DNA of 64,000 nucleotides, taken from Tubiluchus corallicola. Taxonomy: Eukaryota > Animalia > Priapulida. Positions 41,574-54,300 of this stretch are shown here, one piece after another. The position numbers and the translations under genes were made by a program. A model generated the notes under the pieces. It saw nothing but the letters and a program-made list of their open reading frames with translations. It ran no database searches and had not been told where the DNA came from. Where the stretch lies: NCBI GenBank assembly GCA_030141605.1, contig JAQGDQ010000230.1, forward strand, positions 293,985 to 357,984, written 5' to 3'. Within the stretch, counting starts at the first letter, position 1. Every line of letters starts with the position of its first letter.

Positions 41574-42277
41574 CCTCCCAATCTTCTTCCATTCGTCTGT
41601 TTTTTGCATTCATTGAGCAATTCATTCGTTACAATGCATCTCACCCCTTACTAACAAATCTCAAATTCTGAATGGAATATTGCGAAAAGCGCCGCACACG
41701 TGCATCTCATCTCAATCAAACCTCGGTTTACATGAAATCAGTCATAATATTTACAACTTGAAATACTTTAAACCGTTCCTGGATGGCAAAATATTGGAAC
41801 ATTTGGTAAATCAGCTCAAAGACCACACATTGACGTTAGACTAACACTTTGGGTATGTCGGCTTATTTCAAACGCCAATCAACTCACTCAGCCTGCCAGA
41901 AATATGCAACACCTGTGATGATCTAGCAAAAAGCTTTCAAAGGTAGCTTTATTTTGGCAAAGAAATATTTAGAAAACCTTCAGACATATGGCATGTAATG
42001 ACATAATGTTAGATCACTGAGTTGATGGATTAATGTCTGTCTAGGTGCTGATGGAGTTAAGCATTACACGAGGGTTATGTCATGCTTGTGCAGTTAAATG
42101 TCACCTCTAAATTGTGAGTAATACCTATCAACTTTCACAGCTTGATGCCTTCCGTATCCACCCTCCTTCTTAGTCATGAAACAAAAAAGAAGGACCAAAA
42201 TAAAGGGGTGAATGGTAGAAAGAGACAAAAAGAAAACAAAAATAAAAAGAGGAAGGAAAAGACGAGAAAAAATAGCA

Positions 42278-42533
<256 letters not shown>

Positions 42534-42778
42534 TAAGAGAGAAACGGAGAGGGAGGAACAAGAGCAAGAAAAAGAGGGGACGACACATCGGCTGTATTAT
42601 TAGATAGCTCACTGATGCCATGCTGGGTTGAAAAGGTAATTCTGTTTACTCTAACTTAATTGGTTTTCTGTGCTTAAAAGCTTCAGCCGCATGAGGCACA
42701 CATCTGTTGCATGGCGAGCCCAGCTGATGGTGAGTGGTTGTTAGGTAGCGACAAGTTGTCTGCTAAACCCAAGGATTT

Positions 42779-42793
42779 CCACTAGATGGCAGC
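42779..42793 (+). promoter_or_regulatory. CTCF consensus-like site
   Basis: CCACTAGATGGCAGC matches the bilaterian CTCF core CCASYAGRKGGCRS. Confidence 0.5.
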
Positions 42794-45764
42794 TCTAGAC
42801 ATTACTAGCTCCCTGCTTTCTTTACTTTGGGCGCGAAATGTTATTTTTAGTTATTGTAAAGTGGTGCATCATCACCGAAACACTATGAAATAATTAAGTC
42901 TGTTCACATTAGTTGAAAAAACTTGTCAGTTTTATATGATTCTCGCTCGCTGGGTTATCTTTGATGCGTGCCCTGCAGCCCTGGTGCTTCCTACAAAAAC
43001 TGCATGCCAGAGCTCGAGAGAGCTACCGTATTTAGATTAATTATATCCAGACCCCTTCGAGCGCAAAAATTTGCCACCGTTCCGAAAAGTTGAAACGAGC
43101 TTGCAAGCTCTCATTGATGATCGTATGACAGTAAAAATGCCAGTTTTTGTTTTTTAGGAAAAAAAGGTGTGAAAATACAAATATGGGTTAGGACACTGAA
43201 GGGCAAATATCATCTTATTTTAGTATTGATGGCTGACAGAATACGTAGCGATTAGGACAATACTATACTAGAACTTGAAGTACTTTATACAAGATTGATA
43301 CTTGCGTTTATAATGAGAATGGTACCTGGTGCTCACCACTGGGTAGACCTCAATTTCACGTCGGGGTAATGTGTTTTCTTCGGTGAGTCTGGAACTCCTT
43401 ATATAAGTTTAATGCCAAATGTTATTGTTTTAGTTAGTTATAGTGACAGTGGCGAAGGAAATATTGGTGGGGTATGGGAACTTTATATAGCAATGACAAT
43501 TGTGGTAGCGATGACAGTGGTAATGACAGGGCTGCAGAGTAGCAGGAATATAGAGGCGACGGCGATAATTGTAGGTGGTGGTCAGTAATGGGAGTGATGG
43601 ACATGGTGGTTGCTGTAGCTGCCTACCTGCCCTCTGCTAGAGCGTCACTTGTGATAATGTGATGGCAACTGTGACGGTTAAACAGTTATTGCAGCGATAA
43701 CGGCAACAACTGTGTTGATAAAAGAAAGAATAAGCGTTAATCTTGTTAACATTGAAAAGCAAATTAGGGATTTCATTAAATGTTTACCGTTTCATAACCG
43801 CGAGTAGTCTTTTATTAATTTGCTGTAACATTACCAGAAATTTGGTTTCATTATAATTCTTAATAGGGAGCCGAGGTCAGCCTGTTTACCTTAATGCCAC
43901 GTGCCTAAAAATATCCGGATTTGCGTCGATTTGTCGCTGTTTATTCATTCGTCGATCGTCGACATCTGGAAAAACTAAAGCGGAGATAGAGCCACGCAGT
44001 CTGCAGCGTTCGGAAAACCCTACAGAGGACCGCCGAGCATACCTTGCATAGCGCTTTCCTCGTTAATAAGGAAGTGAGCAGCCAAGCAGGATGCTAGGAT
44101 TAGTTGATGCCTGTAGCGGGGGCCAGTGCTGGAACATGTGCTGTTTCAATTAAGAAACAGATCGAGAATGTGCCTCATCTTTGCAGCTGAAATCTAGATC
44201 AGGGGCGTGTTTAGAATTGGGGGCTGTTAAGTCAATAAAGCTTGAACCACCTCGGTACTTACATAACTGCAGAATTTAGAAATCAGGCTGAAAATTTTTG
44301 GAAACTTTGCAGTTGAAACACTTAACAACATTAGCTTAGCTTTCGCTATGTAACTTTTAGGGCTTGCCTATTTTGAGGCCACTATATGTGACTTTATAGC
44401 ATTACCTTACAAAACGAAGTGGAGTGGCGAAAAAAGAAATGTGTCTGTACACAACAATGTTATATCCATATTAAACCGTCAGAAATCCAAGAATTTATGT
44501 TTACTAGCAAAGCATTGGAAAGCATTTTGCACAAAGTCGAAACCAAAACCGTATGCAACTCTGGCAAATCCTATGCCCATCAACGATCAACAATGCGCGA
44601 ACATTCCAGGCAGTGTCTTACTTATCCAGGAATAATTGATATCGCAGTAACAATAGGCATGATAGCTACGTAACTAATGATTCAGCATTCTAATTTGGTA
44701 ATTTCGTGTTCAGAAAATTGGAATTACCCCTTTCTCATTTAGTTCACTTAGTGGTTTTTATATTTCATTTGCTTCATCTTTCTACACTGCTTTTCTTCTT
44801 CCCAGAAGTGTGTTTGTTTATTTCCTAGCACAGCCTAACAGTTGCATAAAAAATTTTGTATTTTCTATTTTGAGCGTTTTCATTCTTTTTCTCTGGCGGC
44901 TTCGATATGAAGATTGAACTCACTAAGAATAGATTAAAACTCTGTCCCAGATATAATTCTTCTCACTTGTTCGTATAGACTTAGGCAATGTTTTTGTCAT
45001 CCCGGTTTCTGCACCATTGCTCATCCTTCCTACATATTCAATCACATCGCATTCCGCTGAGGTAAAACCTATATACCTGATGTCTTATCTTAGAAAATTA
45101 TCCTTGATAATCATCTAAGCTCTTGTCCATTCACCACAACCATTCAATATTGGCAAGTTGATCCCCTTTTGAGTGCTGGGTTTCGGTTTCCAGCTGTTGA
45201 ACTTTAAAAATTCTACTTAACTTCTTATAATGTCTCTTCTGTACTTGCGCAAATCACAATAAATCAATGTGCCATAATGCTGATTCGTCTTCTTACTGTA
45301 TTCCCTTACCTTATGTGGCCAGTGGTCTTCATTGGGGCCATCTGTATAAAAAGTCGAGTCCTGTCATGCGGAATACTTTATTGTGGCGTCTCCTGCGAAG
45401 CAAGTATAGCTTGCAACGCTAATCTTTTCGTACAATACAATGCAGAACTTTTGCAACACAAAGCGTCATCTCGTTAAATAAAAAATCAGCTTCTTGTTTT
45501 AAGAGTTACCTAAACATCGCGACTACCCCCACCACCACCATCATCATCATAATCATCATCACCTCACCATCACCATCATTAGCATCTTCTTCTTCTTAAA
45601 TTGACTGAGGTTGTCATTTTCAGAGAACCAATTTTATAGTAGGAAAATTCATAGATTAGAATTACGGGAATTTCTAAGCAGCTGTTCTACATCTAGGAAT
45701 GTCCAGAGTAAGGCTACGAGAAGCAATAGGAAAACCAGACTAGCGAATACTACGAAGAAACTGC

Positions 45765-46125
45765 CGGTGTATAAGAGAATCCATGTAAGTCACAGGAAAA
45801 AAGTCACAAAAAGAAGTCACATGAAAAAAATCAAAGGTACAAAAGTAACAAGTAAGAAAATCACAGGAAACAGTCACAGGTAAAAAAGTTACATTTAAAA
45901 AGTCACAGGTAAAAAAATCACAGGTACAAAACAGACAGAAAAAGTCACAGGAAAAAGACACAGTAAAAAATAACCTAACCCCGTAACTGTAACTCTTAGC
46001 CTAAGCCTGACCCTAACACTAACTCTAGCCCTAACCCTAGCCAAAAATAATCGTAACTTTTTCTTGTGACGTTTTTCGTAGCCAAAATTGTGATTTTTTT
46101 CCCGTGACTCTATTACCAGTCACCG
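45765..46125. mobile_element. Non-autonomous MITE/Helentron-like element with internal tandem motifs and telomere-like repeats
   Basis: Subterminal inverted repeats GTCACAGGAAAAAAGTCACAA (about 45788) and TTGTGATTTTTTCCCGTGAC (about 46088-46108). There is an array of AAAA(G/A)TCACAGG motifs and degenerate (CCCTAA)n at 45971-46042. Confidence 0.65.
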
Positions 46126-48343
46126 TTTAGGAACCAGTGAGCAAAGATCCTAGAGTATCTTCCATAGAAGTAGCGATAAAAAGTGCTTAAAGAATTCAAC
46201 ATCAAACTGCAGCGACAGGGACTTTTGAAGGACAGGAGACTGCACTGCGTTACAGAAAATGAAATGATATTGCATTGCAGCTTGTGAGACATGAATGATT
46301 TTATATTGCAGTGGATAAATTTGTATATACAACAAGTTAGTTTGTGTTGCAAGAAAGTACATGAGGTTCTGATAAAACGATGTTGCTTTGTAAGAAGATA
46401 TCATTATATTTGTCTGGAAATAATCTTTTGTTACAAGAACTAAGCACATGTACCTGCAGATCACAGAGACGACAGTAAATGAAACCATATGCTTAGTCTC
46501 AACCTGGATTTTCACTGCATTGTAAACACATTGTGGTGTAATTAGAATAAAGTCACAGAGTAAAAAGTCATCTAATTACTCATTTGTAATTTGGCACCAA
46601 TGAAAATACTTCATATAATTATATGTAATATCAAAGTGGTTAATATAATAACAAAGACTTTGCTATAGTGAACCGAAACCGCACTTATTTGATCTGGTTC
46701 TCTTTGTTTGACTTATCACGGATTGTTTATGTATAAAGTAAAGCCAGCCAATGCGGTTCTTCATTGTTTATTAGCAATCATATCACCAACACATGTACCG
46801 CGCCAATGTTATTAAGCCAATTTACGTTATGTTATTGCACGTGTATTCAGCATCTGTTACACTTATACATCAACCGTTTTCCGGGTGTGTGAACTTTACT
46901 TTACTTCAAGCTTATTGCGTGGCTTCACGCATATGCGTGTGTGCGTGTTTCGGTACGTAAGCAAGCTTATGCATGCAGCAAAATGCTCGCAACTCCACAA
47001 AATATCTTTACAGATAGTGGGACAAAGCAACATACACAAAACTTACCATTCTGTGCTTTAAATTGTACCGGAAATTCAGTAGTTTTTCTTTACTCACGTA
47101 AGCAAAAATATATCAATTTCCGGCTTGCGACCTCTTTGAGTATTCGAGATAGTTGCTACTAGAGAGATCCCACAGGGATTTGAGAAACCACGCAAGACGA
47201 AAAAGATAAAATTATCGGAAGATGTGAAATACAAAATCCTGTTATTACCTGCATTTTTTACTTAACTGTTTTTGTACAAACGTTATCAATTAATTGTTGA
47301 CTGTGTTGATACGTCGCTATCACAGTATAATGATCTAGAATTACTTGATGATAAAGTATTGTAAAGTGAGTTTTCTCGGATAATATTGCTATTCTGTAAA
47401 CATCAGATGCTAGCGTACTTTGTTTAAATAAATAACTTGTTCAAACAGTAAAGGATTTTTTTGATTGCGCTTATGTGTTATAAGATTTTAAAGGAGTGTT
47501 TTTGTACGTATAGGTACTACGATTTCTAAACTTGCACTGTTGTAGCAATTGACGCGAATAAACTATTTACTAATAAACGAAATTATTCGCTAATAAACTA
47601 TAAACTTACATTTTATTTTATTTTAGTGTGCCACCGCGTTAGTTATACATTGTGGCCGTATTAGACTGTCACAACAGCTGATTTAAAAATAACGTAAACT
47701 TTTGCGCACTGCCAGTACAAATTTTTTTTACCATAATAGGATGTTACAGATCCACATAAGTATATATATACACTTATATAACGACAATGAGCGGTAGCAC
47801 TAAAACCATATTGGTATGTAATAAAAAGGAAATGTCTAAAGTCTGAAGTAAAAGTCGTTTTAAAAATGGCACATAAAAAGGTAATTAGTAAAATACCACC
47901 AGCCTTAAATTAAATTAAATTAATTTCACCTTATGTAACTGCTGTTACTCCAGTTAGAACTCATGTCTGTGTATGTGTGCGCTCGTGCGGTAGTGAGTGA
48001 GTCTTAAGCTTGTGTAATATTTTCTTGCGCCATAGGCATATGTATTCAAGCACAGTTTATTAGTTCGCAGTGCTAACAAAAATCCCAGCAGACCTCTTGA
48101 TGACCAATAACTGACCTCCGTCTTTATACCGTATCATTGCATTTCATTGGAATAAGATTTGCGGCAATTTCGCCAAATTATCGTAGGACCAAATTTTGCT
48201 CGAAATTTGAATAACATCGAGTTATTTTTACGCGGTTTGAATAAAAACGTTGATTCTCAAACAAGCAAACATTTTTGCTTACGCTGCTGCGGTTTTCGCA
48301 TTTAATAGTGTCCAACGTGATTTTTCGTGCTTCCTTTTGGAAA

Positions 48344-51300
48344 ATGTCCGCTATAAATTTGTTATTGTTCCTTTTGCTTGTGTTTATCATCTCACCACCT
48401 GGAGTTCGCTTAAATCGTATAGACGAGGTAAACATTGCAAACGAGACAGACTCTTCTTTACTAGGAGAAAAAGAAACTAAATTTAAACACAATGTGAGTT
48501 ACAGACGAAGTGACATACATCCAGGAAAACAAACTGATACTACAAGAGATCGCGTGAGTAACAGCTTGAAGAAAGTAGGCAGCGTTAACGTGGATAATTA
48601 TGATATAGTGGAGGAAGAAACTAATGTTATAAAAGAAAGCCATGAAGAAATAATCGATAATGTCGACACTGCATATACCGAGCATGGCGAGGAGCCAAGT
48701 ACAACAGCTGACAATGAAGATGCTACCAAAAACGAAACCACGATAACAAACAAGAGCAATCAGACAATCAGTTTTACACCCGCCATTGAAACTAGTGCAG
48801 AGGATACTCATGCCAACGAAACAGATAATAGGTTAAGTGAAGATGCCATAACGACTTACAGCAGCAAAAATACAAATGCCGAGAATTTGACTAACAGTAC
48901 AGAATTGATTTCGATTGAAAACAATAGAGATGTAAAAGAAAATGGATCAGATAGTAGTGGTTACTCGTTGTTGAATTCTGTTGAAACATCAGTCATAAAA
49001 GAAAATGCTACAAAGCAAAATTATTCTAGTTTGAGAGACGTTAATGTTACAAACAGGTTTACCATAGGAAATTATAAGAATACTTTTAATAAAGATAACG
49101 AAGCAAGTAACAGTGTTGAGGTTGTCTACAAGAAAACGTACTCTGTTTCGAATAACTTGCCAGAAACTGATAATCTGCAGTTGTCGAATTCTTTTGATTC
49201 TCTTAAAAACGCTAGCCCTGATGCGGAGAAAAACATACCTAACGTGTCTGTATCAAATGTGGAAGTCAGTGTAAAAGGTGGCAAAGAAAAACCTAGTGAT
49301 GTGGAATATATGCTGGGAGATCAGCCCGGCCGCTCCAGAAATTATCTTACCTCCAAAGAAAAACTGAAGGACGATAGCAAGAAATGGAGTAAATACTTCC
49401 AAGAAGGTTGGAACTTTGGTGAGTGGAATGCCGAAAGTGCTTTAACAGTTAATATTAAATTTATCTCATTGATAACACAAAATACATTTTTTTTCGGTAT
49501 GACGTGTAACCCATAGATTTTTTCTGTTGTATTGTTTTTTGTGTTTGATTGGATTTGTTTAGACGTTTTTGCAAAAATGGTAGTGTATATGTCTTCCCGT
49601 TCTATTATAAGGGCCAACAGTTTGATTACATTAAAATGTATTTAGTATATTCTTAATAGTGAGGCACCAATTGGCTGGATCCCAGCTTGCAAAGTACTAT
49701 AGTACTAAAACAAAAAGCGATTAGCTTTTTGGAGTGGGTAGTTGGTACAGTTTCTTTATTGGAAGGTAGAGAATATTGAACAAAAACAGTGAAGATTTTT
49801 TACAATTTGTTGTTACATCACTCACTTTAGTAAAATCTTATTTATTAGCCAAATTGCCAAGTAATTGTTTTTTAATCCACTATTGAATATCTTTCACATT
49901 TTCAGAAGATAATGGAAATGTTAACAAAACACAGACCACCTTAGAAATGGAAAAACAATCTCCACAGCTTAGTGGAAAATTTTGGTTACAATCTCCAAAT
50001 ATTAACATTCACAACTATTATTATGGTAAGAATAGTTATGCTTAAGCCTAGTTATATTAGCTTGTTATTATAACCTAAGTTATATTAGGTTATATTATAC
50101 TACATAATAGTATAGTGCAGTACAGTTGTAAAACGTACAGTATGTTCTGAAAATGAATCGGGAAATCGAATGTGAAACTACGGAGGCTCACAAAAACTGT
50201 TTTTTTTTCGTAATAGCTGGTGCCTCAATACCTGCTTCGCCAAATGATGAAAACAAGCAAAAGAACTTTTATCAGAGCACTGGTGCCTCAAGAACAACCA
50301 AAGGGCCACCTGTTATCATTGACCGAAAAGTGGAACAAATAGAAAACAATATAAAGAAGAAAGAAATGGAGATGGACGAAATGGAAAGTGAAGTAAGAAT
50401 TGTTCTATGGCAGCAGAAGCTACACAGCTCTGGTAATATTGTTTACGGATGATGGTGGCGATAATATTAGGCTTGTCCTCAGAGCACATAACTTTTCATT
50501 TCTAAGTTTGTACGATGTAACAGATTTAAAAAAATTCTGCTGTTGATCTTTTTACCGACCTTTGCTCAGTTGACCGTTTCTTCTGCCGCTAACCCAGCTC
50601 CAGTAGCCTAATGAGTATTTAGTTATCTCAAGTAGAGAAAAGGAGTAGAGAGAAACTAACCAGTCGCTTAACAGCTAAAATTATATCATTATATCTTGTA
50701 TAACGTTGGCTTACGTTGGCTTATACATTATAAATTCACGGTTTTTATTTCATTGCGTTGCCTATTGTTATTTTAACTAAGCTGTATTTTATAGTAACGA
50801 GGCTTCTATAAAATACGTAGGCTTAATTAGCTTTCTGCGAATAGAAATCCGTAACACCATAAGCGGAGTTTTCTCCGGTGGTATGTAAGCCTGAGTGCAG
50901 GAATTAGAGAGTAAGAGAAGTACGAGACTTATGAGTGTCTAGGTGTTGAGCGTTGAAACTAATAATGACGCATTCTAAAAGTACTCTTTCTTTAGTTAAT
51001 AATTACAAAAAAATATTTTTTCAAATTCCATTTTCTCGAACCGTACAAGGCACGTGTAAAATTTTGCCCAACAATTCGCAATTTTATATGAAAAATACGT
51101 CAGAAACTTTGCACTGCAGCCTAATGGATCGCCCAGCAGACTGAAATTATGCAGTTTTATTTTACAATGTCACTTGCACATCCTTTTTTAACGTTACTTT
51201 CACTTGCAGATGGGAACACTGAGAAGCGAATTGGAACATGAAATGTTAAGGATATGGGATTATATGAAAGAAACTATGCCCAGGCAGAAAGAAGGCAATA

Positions 51301-54300
51301 ACCAAAGGCAAGGATCGTATAAAGAAGTGAGAGGTCGAAAACGTACGTTTGGTGAGTGTTTGGTGTAGGCCTACTTAAAGTTCAGTTTTAGTATATAAAG
51401 CCCGGACCTGTTTAACACATGGCAAGCATTTTAACGGAATAAGTGCTTTTAGTGTAACCACACTGCAGTATTGCTCTCGAGATGGCGCCACCCTACAGTA
51501 TAGAATAAGTTGTGAGGCTGTCGATGAAGTTAATACAACAAGGTAATCCAACTCTTTTTAATTACTACAAAAAAATCCGGCAATTAACTCACTTACGGGC
51601 TCATTCTTTTCTCGACACCCCGTCACACGTTTTTCAACTCCAAATGTTTTTCCGTGAGTAGAAGTTTGGTAAGATGATTAGTTATTGTTATTAAAATATA
51701 TTGAAATACCTTTGCTGACATTTTTTCAGTTTCTCCGTTACTCAACAAAGTAAACCGGCCTTTGGACGGTCCTTTGGTCTGGCAATGTGACGTGGAAGAC
51801 AGTCAGATGTGTGGCTTCGAACACACCACCTATCGGCAAGTAATTATGAAAGCCTGTTGGACCCGACGACGGGGCTGCACTCCAGTGGACAACACTGGGC
51901 CTTGCATTGACCACACACTTGGCACTGCTGCTGGTAATATAACGTAATGTAATATAACATAATGACAAGACATTACATGACATAATTTAAAATGTGCAAA
52001 TGCCTTTAATAATTGCTATTACACGTAGTTATCAGGGGCAGCATTTCGTATGAAAATGGCGCCATCTTATCCTATTCTCTTAACCGCCAGATAGGAGGCT
52101 TATGTTCAAGCAATCTAAAAAGTAATATAAAACTCAGTGGAAATGGGTATACATGATTATTCTTGGATTTAGCATGGCATACGACAAAACTTGTACAACT
52201 TTATTGCTAGAGGTACTAGCATTAACAATAACATTAATCATGATTTTTGAAACATTAAAATCGCGTGTCAAGGTTTGTAACCGACTAAAGTTTTGTGAAA
52301 ACTGTCCTACATATATAACTGATTTATGTAGGAAGCCTACGATGATGGTGATGGTAACAACGAAGATAATTAGTAGTCACGAAGGTGGTGGTGGTGATTT
52401 GGCGATGATGCTGAACTTCTCTGTTTTTACAGGCCATTATCTGTACATGTCTTCATCCTACTGTGGAGAAGAAGAATACTCAGAAATCAAGTCGCCTGTA
52501 TTTGTTGTCAGACATGGCTCAGAAGGGCACTGCATGGAGTTTTATTTCCAAATGATGGGAAGAGACACAGGTATATAAACTTAAAGTACGCAAATTTCAG
52601 GACATATATATATATATATATAATAATCTTTATTTGCCATTAAAAACATTGATAATCACTGATAAAAACTTTATAGAGATAATCAATCAGTGTTAGTTAA
52701 TAAAAACTTACACTGCTGAAGGCAAATGCGTCAGTGCAATCTAAACTACTGTGCAGTAATGACGAATAAAATCAAACATATTTACAACTATACACAAAAA
52801 ATATAAAAAAAACTATGATTTAATTAATATGGCCGTGGGTATATGAATTCGGAATTAGTGTGTATGTTGTCGTACTGGTGTGATGGTATTTCATATCTGG
52901 TTAATATTAGTGATTTTAATTTTGTTTTAAATGCTGATAGGGACTTGATTTGTTTAACCTGTAATGGTAGAGAATTCCAAAGTAAAATTGCTTGTTTGAT
53001 TACAGAGTTCGTTCCATAGTGGGTATTTGTCCTAATTTGTTTTAGATTGAATGTTCTGGAATTAACGATAGGATTTGGAAAAAAGGTAAATCTGTTATTC
53101 TTGAATGGTTTGCTGATGTTGTTAATGTATTTAAATATAAAAAGCAGAGTAAAATATTCTTTGTGTGCTTCAATGATTGGGAATTTTAAAGTTTTTCTCA
53201 GGTTAGTTGTTGAAGCTTTGAATTTTTGTCTACCTGCCTTGTGTTTGTATGAGTACCCAGCTATCAATCTCAACGCATAGTTTTGAAGGAGATTTAATTT
53301 TAAGTAATTTTCTCTTTTGGTTTTTTGAAGTAGCGTACATCCATATGAGAAGTGTGGTAGAACTAAAGTTTTATATATTAGTGTTTTAGTTTCCTTTGTT
53401 AGTTGCCCTTTAACTTGTCGGAGATATGATGTGCTAGATGCCATTTTTGTGTATATGTTATTAAAGTGATCATCCCCTGAAAGATTATTGTCTACTTGTA
53501 TGCCCAGGAATTTAACATTGTTAGTTTGTTTGATTACAGCATTATCTATTGTCAAAGTGGTTGATGATGCATCATTAGTATTTAATGGGGGTGACAGTAT
53601 CATGAATTCTGTTTTGTCATTATTCATTTTTAGCTTGTAATGACTAAATGCCATATTTATATTTTTTATATCTTCTTCTAAATAATTTTTTGCAGTTTGG
53701 ACATTTTCATAGGCTATGTAGATTGTAGTGTCATCAGCGTATTGCGTTATTTGTGAGTGTTTTAATACACTGGATATGTTGTTTATATATAGGCAAAATA
53801 ATAACGGACCTAGTAGTGTTCCTTGCGGTATACCTCTGTTTAATGTGGCCCAGTCAGAAAAGTTGGTTGTATCTAACTTTACTCGTTGTTGTCTATCTTT
53901 GAGATAATTTTGTATCAGTTTTAACGATATCGAATCTAATCCGATTTGTTTTAAATTATCGTAAAGTAGTTCGTGATTAATGCTCTCGAAAGCTTTACTT
54001 AAATCCAAAAATGCTGCTAAAATGTATTGCTTGTTGTCTAAACTATGTCTCCAATTTTCTGTTGTGTGTATTAGGGCGTCAATGGTTGAATGGTGTTTAC
54101 GGAAGCCAAACTGATGTTTTGATAAAAGTTCATATTTATTTACATATGAATTTATCTGATCATAAATTACCCTTTCCCAAACTTTGCCAAAACAATGGAT
54201 TACGGAAATTGGGCGATAATTCATGGGATCACATTTTGGATCTTTTTTATGGATTGGAGTCACGTTTGCCATTTTACATACCGTTGGAAATTCGCCTCTC

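Noticed and set aside
50575-50670. Degenerate SINE-like fragments (also about 32210, 36880, 43310) and LINE-tail-like stretches (about 16965, 33490, 34620)
   Set aside because: They are too decayed to define boundaries or family without a repeat library.
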